Assembly: GCA_001662655.1 (NCBI GenBank)
Contig: KV460218.1
Length of the DNA: 64,000 nt
Strand: one strand, 5' to 3'
Source: Pseudogymnoascus verrucosus
Lineage: Eukaryota
Shown piece by piece: positions 50,989 through 62,583 of this stretch (position 1 is its first letter; the number at the start of each line of letters is the position of its first letter). The translations under genes were made by a program, and so were the position numbers. The notes beneath the pieces are model-generated. The model worked only from the letters and a program-made list of their open reading frames with translations, searched no databases and was not told the DNA's origin.

Positions 50989-51999
50989 ATGCCGCCGGTA
51001 TGCCATGCTCCCTAACTTCAGAACGTTATCACAACTACTCCCTCGATGGCAACTGACTTCGTGCAGATCGGAGATCTCCTCGCGCAGATAAGTGGCGACC
51101 AGCCAAAGCCATCGACCACCTCTGCGTTTGTCGCGCCGCTAAAGCGCAAAGCCGACGGCGACCTGCCACGCCACAGCGATAAATCCTCCCGAAATGAGTA
51201 TCCCGCGACCGCCTCACCAAGAGTCGCTACACCAGCGCAAAGGGCTTCAGGAACACCATCGTCGATGTCCAGGCCTGTTCGCCCCCTCCCAGGTCGCTCG
51301 TCGGCCTCCACAACTCCAGTCACGAAGTCGACCAGTGCCCCACCCGGCTCCGCGCCCTCTCAAATCAGCACAGCCAAAGTTCCAAAGAAGGGCTCCTTCG
51401 CCGAGATCATGGCTCGCGCAAAGGCAGCGCAAACGAGCATGACTCAGGTTGGAAAGATCCAGCACAAACGCATCGAGAAGGGTCCAACCAAACGGGAGCG
51501 CGAGGAGATGAAGTCGACCAGCAAGGGCGCAACCGGCAAAGCAAAAAGGAAAGGCCCAACACCACCACTTCGCGACGGCCGCAATGGTGCAAGAGAGAAT
51601 GGGAGAGGCTCCAGAACAACTTCGGCCGAGGCAGAGAAGAGACCAAAGAAGGCGGCTGCTGCTACCACAGGTTACACGGGTACAGCTCGGCCAAACCCAG
51701 CCGCAGCCAAGAAGCCACAGCCATCTTATGGAAGTTCTGGCCGAGATCGGGATCGCCCAAGCCCAGGCCCTTCGCGAGCTCGGTATACATACGCCGCCAG
51801 CGAGGACGAGGAGGATTACGAATCTGACGTTTCGTCTGACATGGAAGCAGCCGCCTACGAAGTCGACGAAGAGGAGGAGAGGGCTGCCAGATATGCTCGC
51901 AAGGAGGACGCCTTGGCCCTGGCTGAGGAGAACAGACTGAGGATGGAGAAGGAGGAGAAGCGGAAAAAATTGGCTGCCATGGCCAGAAATAGACGCTGA
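50989..51999 (+). CDS. SPT2: SPT2 chromatin protein
   Basis: MPP|IGDLLAQISG (intron GTATGC..CTGAC..CAG), GSFAEIMARAK, C-terminal SDMEAAAYEVDEEEERAARYARKED. Confidence 0.85.
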
Positions 52000-52824
52000 T
52001 TGCATTACCTCACTCATAGCGAGCATAGTTGGAGTTTGCAGTTATTATTCCTTTGGGGTACATTGTTGGGTCTCGATTAGCGGTTGGCGCGTGGATGGGC
52101 GAGACGTTTGGTTTTGGAGTATTGTAGACATTGTCATCACTGGCGCGTTATTCGAAGAATGGCAACTTTCTATTGCATAGTGTGTTATGAATTTAAGAAC
52201 TTATTAATTATTTGCTATGCTTTTCTGCAATTCGAACTGGATGAATGAAGTTTCATGCATGCTGTCACCCAGAGGCTCTGAACATGCTACAAATACCATC
52301 ACCGCTTTGGGTGTTGTAGCAACCGTGGATAAAACAAAGGATTATAGTCTCTTGAGACTACAGTAGTTACGTTACGTCAATGGAGTTGAAAAGAGAAATG
52401 TTGATGGTTTTAAAATAGCCAGTATCGATTTATATTCATACTCTAAATGGCAACAGTAGGCTCAACAGTAGAACCTAGGAATGAACTTTGATATCCATCT
52501 TCGTGCTGTACTTCATATAAGAACAATGTGAATTAAACATACCATATCACAACAGCCTGTGTACTGTGACGATGACCAGTCAACTTGCCAAGATCGAGAC
52601 TCGTAACAAAGGAATGGAACATGAGGCTTACATAGCTGTGCAAGATTGGTAGGAGTAGATACAGAATATAAACGAGCACAATAAACATTCACGAGGCAAT
52701 TACAGAAGGCATTCATTCATGATGACATTTTCATTGATTCATTTCCTTTATCTCGGGCGCCTATTCAGTTCCTTATTCAGATGCTCACAAACGGCTCATG
52801 GCCAGGAGCTTGAAAGCGTATGCA

Positions 52825-53955
52825 CTACATAACAGCGCAGATGCTCTCATCGTCATCTTCCTCTTCATCATCCTCAGGAAAATCACTCTTGGGGACCTTG
52901 CAGACCTTGCAGAAGCAACTGTAGCCAAACAGCTTTGTGCACTTGGCAGCTTTCTCGCCATGGCGAATAGGGCCACAGTGCATGTCGTTGTGGTAGCTGA
53001 TGGTAAGCTCCTCGTCTCTCTTCACGTCCTTCGTGGTGATCAGGAACATCTTGAATGGAGGTGCCTCGTTGATTTCCACCATGCAGTTGGGGTCAGCCGA
53101 GTGGTTGAGGCGCGAGGCGTCCTGGTAAATTCCGTAGAGGGGCTCACGGATGCCAATGCACTCAGCATCATCACTGATCTTGAAACGATTGGTGACATAC
53201 TGTCTCAAGACAACATTCTTGAAACCGGACAGCGGGTCTTCGGCGCTGACGTAATGGAGATGCTCTGGAAGCTTGAACGACTTGTTGGCAATCAGCTTAT
53301 TGATGCTGAGGCGGCTGTTGCGTGTGAACAAACGAGTGGAAAAGTCCTGGGCTTCTCTCATTCTGTTATAGGCTTCATCATCTGGGGGTGAAAGCATCAG
53401 GACTCGGGCCATGACCTGACTACTGAATCCTTCCATGTCATTGGCACTCGTGTAGAAAATCGGAGTCTCAGCAATGATGACAGAGTTGACTGGCAGATCC
53501 ATGGCAGCAACAACCTTGTATTGGTTATTCTCCATCATCTTGATTCTGTAGCGGATACGATAGCGCTGATCGACCCTAATATTGACTGTAAAGTAGTTAG
53601 CACATGAATTGCAAGTAGCAATAATATGGAGCACATACAAGGGAGGTTGTCCACATAAGCCGTCAAATCGATGTCTCGGGGGTCCATAACCTCTCCAAGA
53701 GTCGGGTCAGGACGGGGAATCGGCTTGGGCTCCTCTTCACCTTTGGCCTCCTTTTCAAGCCTAGCCATCTCACGAAGTTGGTCATGATAATCGCTTGGCA
53801 CACGTGGCAAGTTCTAAGGACCAGGGGTTAATTTATGCATAATGAACATCCCTTGGGTGACCTACGGCGACTTCCTGGTTAATGGAGCGAATGGGTCTGG
53901 GCTGAATGGGCTTGGGGCGATGAAGGCCCAGCTTTTCAGTGAACTTCACACCCAT
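52825..53955 (-). CDS. SET-domain lysine methyltransferase-like protein, 3 exons, C-terminal CAVM
   Basis: MGVKFTEK..QEVA|NLPRVP..DNLPF|NIRVDQ; VVAAMDLP...IIAETP, SRLNHSADPN, DEELTISY, post-SET FGYSCFCKVC. Confidence 0.85.
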
Positions 53956-54801
53956 GATCAATCAAGAGGTTATTCAAAGAAGGTGTGTGAGCTACTCATC
54001 AGAGTTAATAAGGGGCCAATATGCTAGTTTCGATCTTACTCACCTTGTGCTTCAAGAACAGTAGCAGACTTGTGATATGAAAGGGTGATAGCTAGGTGCT
54101 ATCAAGGAGCACCAGCAATGGTGCTGAGGGAGGGTGGGTGTGTTGACAGAAGAAAAGGGTAAGAGGAGAAGAAACTCAGAAAGAAAACAAGAAGGTGAAT
54201 AAGTGAAATTGGCCAGCGTGCGACGTGCGCGCGTCATACCCCGTCCCCATGACCGCCAGGCGCTACCCCATCGGATACATGAAATAGTTGCACTCTTGCA
54301 ACGGCTAGACTCTTCCTCTATGCCCATCAAACAGAATCATAGACATGCCATGGGGTAGACTAGTCTTTCAATGCTTTATGGATGCACTGAGGTAAGATAT
54401 CAGCCTTGATAAACCCCTTTGATCATATGCGACCACTGACATAGCCAACTAGGCAAGCAAACAGTCTCAACTCTGCCCAGGTCTCTTGAAGAGACAAGTA
54501 GAACACCTGTGATATTCAGGGGGTGCTAAAGATGATAGAGGTACCAACCCTTTATGCATCCGATCAGCGGCTTCAAAGGATGCTGACACAAAGAAAACTT
54601 CCATGAACATACCTGTTGCAACTGTGATGCCAACGGGCAATTGCCAAGTGTATCCAAGAAAGGAGTCAAGCCTACCTTTTGACAGTTCGACAGAGGATTT
54701 TACCTCTGTGCAATCTCATGGAAGATAGCCTAGAAGTTAGGACACAAATAATGGCAGCATCATATGGTAAGGGGTATTCTATTTCTTCTATGTCACCGAC
54801 T

Positions 54802-55419
54802 TCAGGCCTGCCTTGCGAGGACCTTCTTCTCCTCAGCCGCATTGTTCAACTGCTCATAATGGGCAACAAGCTTCTCGATATCCCTTGGGCCCTGGCCAGC
54901 GATGACGTTATGTGGAGACCCTGTGTTGAAGGTTCTGGGCTGATGTTAGTAACATCGTCCGTCTGTATTTGAGTATGCACTTACTCAGGGAACCGGAGGT
55001 TGATGTGTTCTGTCTTCCTGTCGCTTTGGAAGAGGTTGCGGTCGAATGCAGCCTGCTCAATTGCAGCAGTGTGGAGCTTGTTTCTGGCAGCAAATGTATC
55101 CTGGATGTGGGAGTAGCTGTTGATGAGCCTCTCGAGAGCCGGCTTCTTCCCATCAACGGAGGGCTGGGCTAGGGAGTAGACGATGTAGACGGCGGGAATA
55201 GCAGCGAGTGTCATATAGACAGAGAGCTGCAGCATTGTCAGTGGTGTTCGGGTTCTTCAGTTCGCTATTGCTTACTCCTAGAGGCTCATCCTTTGGAGCT
55301 GCATGGCCGTGGCCTGCTTCATGGGCGGTTCGGGAGGTCGATGAGGAGAATTGGGCGGTTGAACGGGCTGTTCTAATGCCTCTGGCAGATTGAACAGCCT
55401 GACGCCGAAGGACGAACAT
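54802..55419 (-). CDS. nuo17.8: Mitochondrial complex I accessory subunit (fungal 17.8 kDa type), 3 exons
   Basis: Presequence MFVLRRQAVQSAR, His-rich spacer, one TM segment, RNKLHTAAIEQAAFDRNLF, LRFPE|TFNTGSPHNVIAGQ. Confidence 0.8.
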
Positions 55420-55805
55420 GTTGAGGATATGAATTGGTCCTCAATGGCAGACTCGGAGTGTTTTCCTTGAGGGATCAATATCAAGTGTCGTCGGCTATGG
55501 GCGCTACCACGCAACAAACGTGCCGCTTTTAGCGCGACTGGACAAACCTCGGTCACGTGAGGGAAACGATCGAGGATGAGTCGTCGATTAGTCGTTTGAT
55601 TAGTCGTCGGCGACGGCGATAGGGGGGCAATGCATCGGAGTCGGCACAGAGGTTTTTCCGGAGGCTTATCGATAGCTCCCTCACACTGTCGTCGCCCTTA
55701 TCATTAACGGGATGTGGCCAAATCCAACAATTTATGGACACTTGTCCTCACCTTGAAAACCATACAATAATGATTACTTATGCGGGTCAACTATGAGTTT
55801 CTACT

Positions 55806-56270
55806 ATGAGTTTCTACCATGATCTAAATGACAACAACGACACAAGTGATAGAGAGCCCTCAGACGTAGAATACAACGAGGATCTTGACGACGCCGATTC
55901 TCTTGCCTCACTTGCAAGCAGCAACCAAGAACATACTATAGAACAAGTCCTAGCTGAGAATACTCGGACAGATTGGGAGTCGAATTTACAAGGCGGCACA
56001 CTTCATCGCTGGGTTCTCATAAAGTGGACAAACAGCCCAGTACTCGAATCAAGCTGGGAACACTACTCCATCCTCGACGATTATCCCACTGTTCGCGAGG
56101 ACTGGGAAGTTGAACTGAGGCGGCAAACAGACGGCAAATCAGTTCCTTTCGACCTCGTAGAGTTCAATTTAAAACTGAGGGAACAAGAAGTTCTCAGGCG
56201 CCAACGACGAAAGCTGCGCCGTTTCCGAAGGCACATCGAGCATATCTTATCAGTCCTCGAGACAGACTAA
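55806..56270 (+). CDS. Small chromodomain-like protein (degenerate aromatic cage)
   Basis: Acidic N-terminus, then EHTIEQVLAE...VLIKWTNSPVLESSWEH, resembling the chromo consensus (Y.VE.IL...YLVKW.GY....TWEP), and a basic helical tail. Confidence 0.6.
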   Translation: MSFYHDLNDNNDTSDREPSDVEYNEDLDDADSLASLASSNQEHTIEQVLAENTRTDWESNLQGGTLHRWVLIKWTNSPVLESSWEHYSILDDYPTVREDWEVELRRQTDGKSVPFDLVEFNLKLREQEVLRRQRRKLRRFRRHIEHILSVLETD

Positions 56271-56289
56271 GACCCGGTTTCTCATAGCC

Positions 56290-57576
56290 ATGAGGGCCTC
56301 AATGCAGCGATATCTCTCTGGCGGCCTTTTCCTCGGTCTTGCCGCCGCTACATCACAGGCGGACCCTTCGCCTTCCCCGAGCAGCGATTTAATATGCCAC
56401 ACGAGCAACCCCGCAGAATGCTACCCCCGAGTTTTCGAGCCGACGGAGGACTTTCAAATTATACATGATGACCAGGACATCCCGCCTGGGCTGCATGTCC
56501 GCATGGATATCTACTCGGGCTTAAAACAAGCTAGGCTTAATATCCCAATGGAGGGCGAGGATGACAATTCCGGTATCCCAACAGAACAGGCTATGGTTAT
56601 TGTCGACCAACCAGAGCAAGATGTGGCGGAAGAGAAGGAGGAGCCCCTTTCTCTCCGAGATAAATCGGGCAAGAAGCCACCCGCATACAAAGCTGCGGGC
56701 AAAATATTACCACCGAGAGAACCGGATGGTGGTGTTACAGATGCAGAGGAGTTCCAGAGAGCCGTGGCCGTCCTGGACAGTGACCAAGCCGACAACTATA
56801 CCATGTCGGTCTCGGCTCTGACCACTCTCCTTGACCTATCTCACGACATCTACTACGGCGTGGAGCTCATGAAGAACAGTGCGGTCATTCGACAACTCAC
56901 ATTCTGCCTCGACGGGGACTTATCAGATGCCTCCACTTCCGCATCCCGCCGTCGCCTCGCAGCCGGTGTCATTGCCAACTCCATCCAGAATAACCCAACT
57001 GCATTGGAAGAGGCACAGAAGTCGTGGCGCTCCTACCTCCCATATCCGCATAGCGCAGACTCTTCGAGCGCCCTCCAGGAATACGCTGCGGACCAGGAGT
57101 TTCTCTCGAGGGTGCTACTTACGCTACGCTCGGAAACCGATCCTAGTGCGGCAAAGGCCAAGGTAAACGCTCTCAGTGGGCTGGTCAAGAGCCCTGAGCT
57201 GCGCGATGTGATTCTTCATCTTGAGGGACTGGAGACCCCTCTTGAGTTGTTTGCCAGAGCGGGTGAGGAGTGGGATATTGTGCGGAAGAAGGTCGCGGAG
57301 TTCGTGACGGATAACTTCCTTGATGAGGACATGGGAGCCGAGATTGGGAAGTGGCCGACGAAGCCACAGAAGATGGATTATACGTGTGCGTTTAAGCCAG
57401 TAGAAGCGGCCGTGGCTGCGGGTACGGTTGGGGATGAGTGCTGGGTGTACCATGTGATGAATTATGTGCTTGAGAAAGAGGAGGCAGGAGAAGACGACGG
57501 ATGGAGCAAGCCATTCTTGCAGATGTTGAGGGGGGAAACGGAGAAGCTGGGGAAGTTTGTACATCAGGAATTGTAA
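56290..57576 (+). CDS. SIL1: ER nucleotide exchange factor Sil1
   Basis: Signal peptide, CHTSNPAECYPRVFEPTEDFQII..QDIPPGLHVRMDIYSGLKQARLN, DLSHDIYYG, QNNP, C-terminal HQEL. Confidence 0.92.
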   Translation: MRASMQRYLSGGLFLGLAAATSQADPSPSPSSDLICHTSNPAECYPRVFEPTEDFQIIHDDQDIPPGLHVRMDIYSGLKQARLNIPMEGEDDNSGIPTEQAMVIVDQPEQDVAEEKEEPLSLRDKSGKKPPAYKAAGKILPPREPDGGVTDAEEFQRAVAVLDSDQADNYTMSVSALTTLLDLSHDIYYGVELMKNSAVIRQLTFCLDGDLSDASTSASRRRLAAGVIANSIQNNPTALEEAQKSWRSYLPYPHSADSSSALQEYAADQEFLSRVLLTLRSETDPSAAKAKVNALSGLVKSPELRDVILHLEGLETPLELFARAGEEWDIVRKKVAEFVTDNFLDEDMGAEIGKWPTKPQKMDYTCAFKPVEAAVAAGTVGDECWVYHVMNYVLEKEEAGEDDGWSKPFLQMLRGETEKLGKFVHQEL

Positions 57577-58393
57577 GCATGGGAAACCGATGCGGAACTT
57601 GGAGCTGAGAATCAGCGTATATGATACGGCGGCATTGGGATTGGAGTACGAGTTCGACGAAACAGTTCATAGATTTATATACAAGATAATGATAATGCTC
57701 TCTCGCTGAGGCAGCCAACAAGGCCACTTTCATGGCCTCCATGTGGAACCAAGTTAAGATCGAAAGCTTTATTTTTGGCATTTCAGTAACCAACTGCCTC
57801 AAAAGCCACTACAGTGTCTTGGTGCCAACGGCAGGAAGTGTCGGCATTCCAGCTCTCTACCGCCTTAAGAGGCACTCGGGTATCTTGAGCCAACAGCAGG
57901 AAATGCGGTGACACCCCGCCAACGACAAGAAATGGAGAACGGTAACAACACCATAGCGACAGCGATAGACGTACGGTAACAACACCGAACGCCTGGGGAA
58001 AGCTTCTAGGGTCTTCTCTGCCGCCGCCTCAGCAGCCTCGTTTTCTGCATTTTCTGCGGCTAGTTCCTCTGCGAAGTTTTTGATCCAGTACTGAACGAAT
58101 AGTTTGCCCTCGCTGATGTTTAGGCACCATAGATACTATTTAACCTCATAGTACAATTTGGATTAAAAAGCCAACTAATATATATTATTGAAGTTTTTGA
58201 ATCAATTTACTTAGAAGGTTTGGGGGGCGTAGGAATTTAGTCTTGTGAGTTGGGTATTATTCAAACTTCATATATTCCGTCACAGATAAATTATGGCAAA
58301 GTCATTTCAAGTTAATAGCCCGTTAACATTACAGACCTTAATGTACATTTTATAGCCACAAAACACCAGCCACTTCCTTGGTTCTATTCTATT

Positions 58394-60948
58394 CTACTCT
58401 ACCCTCAGAACCTTAGGCCCTCTCTTCTTCGCGGCCTTCTTCTTCTTGTTCCCCCGCTCAAATGACGCAGCTGCTCCATGCTCTCGGCCGACATTATCAA
58501 GGTCCTTGACCTTGTAGATCCTGATGATCCAGTTCTCACTGGTGTACGCCTCCTCGATCGAGTTCAGGACTGGTCCGACGTCTGGAAGCCTGGCGCCACG
58601 GACGCGGTCCTGGGCTTGTCCAGGTGGGAAAAGACCGTTGTAGTTGTAGTAAGACATCTTGTACCTGTTGATTGTTAGGGGAGGGGATAACTGAATGGGA
58701 GTCAGAGTACTTACATCAAGCTGTTCTTCATGGTGTCGGTGGCCTCGTGATCAATCTTGTACTCGCCTCTTGGGGTGAAGAAGTCACGCTCCTTGACCTC
58801 GTCAGGCCAGATGCCCTCGGCAATCCTGACCATCCACAGGAACTTGTTGATATCATCTCCGGAGTAGCCTAGGAGACCACCGAAGACAACAAGGACGTAA
58901 TCCACCTCGTGTTGCCTCATGATTGGGTAGCTGACCTCCTCGCTGGAGCTCATGGCCTTACCGACAGTAGCAATGTGAGTGTTGTTCCAGGTGTTGTTGT
59001 CAACAAGAGTTGGTCTGTCGGCCATGCCACCAATTTGGTAGCCATAATCCCACCACGACATGATCTTGGCATCCTCCTTGGTGTTCTGGCGCAGCCACTG
59101 GTATGCCTCACGGTAATCATCAATGATGTGCTGGCTTCCATCTGGCAATTTGCTGGCGAGAACAACGGATGGAGAAGAGTAGGCATTGGAGGTGACCCAT
59201 GTGCAGTGCAGGACGAAGACCAAAAGGTAGAGCGTCATAGCACCCACCACAGTTGACTTCGACACCATGGTATAAATACCCACAAGGGGGTTCCTCATGC
59301 TGCGTAGCCCACCCTTGGTTGGGACATTCTTCTTGGCTGCTGCCTCTGCCGCGACAGACTCAGCATCCGACTTGGGGGACTTCATTGACAGGTAGGTCTC
59401 CAGAATAGTGGAGAGGACCATAGCTGCGGTCACACAGACAATAGGGGTCAATGTGAGCATCAGTCTGACCATGACTCCAGAGAAGTAGCTGGCCAGGATG
59501 GAGTAGACGACAACAAACACTTGCTCATCAGTCAACTTCAGGAAGCACAAGTAGACACCGGCTGGGAACAGCCAAATGAGAAGGTTCAAGTCGAAGAAGA
59601 ACGCAGGCCATGCGGTCGGCTGGTGCTCGGAGACGGATGCAATGATTGGGATATGAATCTTGGCGTAGCCAGTATCCCACAGGGAGTAGAAACGCCCGGT
59701 CCAGGGAGCAATTACGCCAGAAACGGTCAACAATACAAGGCCTCCGAGGGCGACGGAAAACACCAAGGCGACAAATCCTCTCAGTAGGGTCTGGAACTGC
59801 TTGCTGGGAACGCCAGCACGGACGAACTCAACAAATCCAATAAGTTGGAGGAGACCAAAGACACCTAAAAAATCAGCAAAGAGTCATTACTTCATGGGAT
59901 GGCTTGGAACATACCAAGTGCCGACATGTGCTCGCTGCTGCGAATTGGCAAGAACCCAACAAAGGGGATTTGCATGCTTGCCAACGTGCCGAGAGCGTAC
60001 CATGTGCAGTAGCTCACGTACACTCTTGAGCTGAATCGTCCCATGCAGACAAGGACAAAGACATGGAGTGGGATCAAATTCGTGATGAAGACGTATCCTC
60101 CCCAGGCAGAGACCATGTAGCCGTAGAACAAGGCGCAAAGGGCGCCCCAGAAGGCTGATCCGAGCTTGATAGCTTTGATCCACAAGTAGAACGTAAATAC
60201 GAGAAGGAAAATGGCGATAGCCTCATTGTCGTAGCTGCCTGCAACTGAACGAGAAATATAGCCAGGGGCAATGCCCATGAAGATGGCGGCGAGAAGTCCC
60301 GCGGAGGGGGTCGAGGACATCTCATTTGTGAAGAGGTAAGTCGCAAATGCCGTCAGGCCCGAGAATCCCGGAGCAAGAAGGACACAGATGTTTCGAATGT
60401 CGACGGGGAGTGTCAATGCCTTCAGTGCGTGGTAAATAGCTCCACTGGTCACCATGAGGCCGGGATATAATGTCCCTCCAGTGACTCTGCCAAGTGGATG
60501 CCACGTACGGTCATCAAACCAATCCCAAAAGTCGTAGAATCCATTGGCGACCAGGTACTTCGTTGCTCTGAAGTTAAACCATGGATCGACTATTTTATGT
60601 CAGCGTTCGTCCCTCAGGTCTATGGCGTCGTAAGCTGTCAGAATTGGGAAACAACGCACATTCGTGGATTATACTTTCGAATCCTAAAGAGAGAGGAAAG
60701 TTAGCAAAAGTTCCACTGAAGCAGACATAATATCATAGTAAATTCCCTGTTGGAGCAATCGCAAGACGTAGATTTCTCTAGCCAAGACATGCATATCCAG
60801 AGCTACACATATACATACTTATAACAGAGAACAGCCGACTGGAAACAGCTGCCGCCGCAATTGTACAAAGAATGACCAGTCGAAGAAGCCCCCGTGTGTT
60901 CCTCCCCTTTGCACCCGTCAGGTAGGAATTTTCTGTCGCGACCGTCAT
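58394..60948 (-). CDS. STT3: Oligosaccharyltransferase catalytic subunit Stt3, multi-exon
   Basis: [63 protein letters not shown]; includes a 24-nt micro-exon near 60660-60683. Confidence 0.97.
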
Positions 60949-61512
60949 GATGGTGGTCGTGAATGAAAGAGTGGACGACTGATTCACGATCATAGCCAGC
61001 AGGGGAATGCTTAGGTGTCTTGAGCTCGCGTCCCGATGTTGCGCTTGTGCCTGAGGCGTCGAACTCAGATAGAGGCAGGGATATGCCCAACCTGCCGCCA
61101 CATGCCACCAAAGTCACTGACTGGCAATTTGAGAATCATTATTGCTTATTGTGGTGTGAGGGATAAGTCAATTGATTTTATTATAAGATTTGTGTAGTTA
61201 TAGGCACTGGAGTGGCGATTCTAACAATTGGTGTCCTTTAACAGCGACCAAACAGGCTCTTCCAACTCTCCATTCGCAGCTCAGACTCTCACACCCTTTG
61301 CAATCAGATATACCACTTGAATAGTTTGGGAATATAGTACAATACAATGTACAGGAAGTATGCTAAACCGACGTCTAAACCATTTTACGGCTTGCCATTC
61401 TAAATCCTGCCGGCCCATCCCCCATCCTTCATCTGTCCAGGAGTAACCATGTCTTCGATCATCTTCCTCTTCCTCTGCCCAATCTCCGCATCATCATAAC
61501 AGTTCAGATCCT

Positions 61513-62082
61513 CTATTTGGAACCGAATTCGGCGTTCAGGTATTTCTCTAAGTCGAAGTTCTTGTCCTCGGGGTCACGGATAACTGTAGCCAGATCTGTC
61601 AGCAATTGTCTCTATAACCGTCTTCACAGATTCGCGCCAGAGCTGTTCGTCCCTCCAGCAATGTCCCCAAAACAGCCGAACGTGAAATATTCAAATAATG
61701 GGGGGAAAGCGCTGTACATACCACCATCAGCCGCCGGAGGAGCGGTCTTCTTGACGTATTCCTTCTTCGCCCTGTCGATCAGGCCCTGCTTGCGCTCGTA
61801 CTCACGGTTGGCAGCGTTGAGCTTTGCGGAGGCAGAGAGAGTAGCCTGGTGGTAGAGACCGTAGAAGACACCGGCACCAAGAGCCGAGTATCGGAGAACC
61901 TATCGCGTTCAAAGTCAGCGCATGCGCGATTGTAGAGTCAGGCTTGGTTTGGAGATCTAGCAGCATCGAAAAGGTCCTTAGAGTGCTCCTTTGATGTCAA
62001 GGGCAACGGCGCAAGCCAGTCCCGAAGGGATGATGTGCGGTAGAAGTGGTGGAGGACATACGTTAACACCGGTGGAAGCCAT
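61513..62082 (-). CDS. TIM11: Mitochondrial ATP synthase subunit e, 3 exons
   Basis: MASTGVN|VLRYSALGAGVFYGLYHQ..YERKQGLIDRAKKEY..|VIRDPEDKNFDLEKYL..*. Confidence 0.9.
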
Positions 62083-62583
62083 TGGGAATGTCGACGTGTA
62101 GTTTCGTTCGTTGGCGCAGGGACTGTGATAATATGCCAATTGGCTTCGGACCGCTTGTCAAAGTGGATATGGCGACGTGATCGCAATTGAACGGACAGCG
62201 AGAGAGTGTTGCGCGGGATGGATAGCCTCTTGAAATAATTCGGGTGATGTTGCGAATTCGAATAAAGCTTGCTCCCGAGGATCCCTGACAGTTTTCACGT
62301 GACTTTATTTTGGGACAAGCGGGTGCCCCATAGAGTAGAGCATCAACATGTTTCGCGGTCAACAAGGAAATATTCAGGGTCTTTAGTTCGGTCAAGTACA
62401 TAACTTCAAACGCTCTTCCTACTTTATTTGTGAAGGGTTTATATGGGCGAATATTTTGACTGGAGTGCCTGAGTTTGTTTGTTTACTGCTCATATCGTGG
62501 TCCAAATCTACGAAAAATACCAGGGGGTGTCTGCCAAAGGCCTCAAACGCGACTGAAGACGATGTTTGTCTGGCACCGACATC

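Noticed and set aside
51247..53391. 259-aa ORF antisense to SPT2 and 197-aa ORF antisense to the SET gene
   Set aside because: Explained by the codon structure of the real genes on the opposite strand.
57562..57576. SIL1 ends in HQEL rather than HDEL
   Set aside because: Within known variation of ER-retrieval signals.
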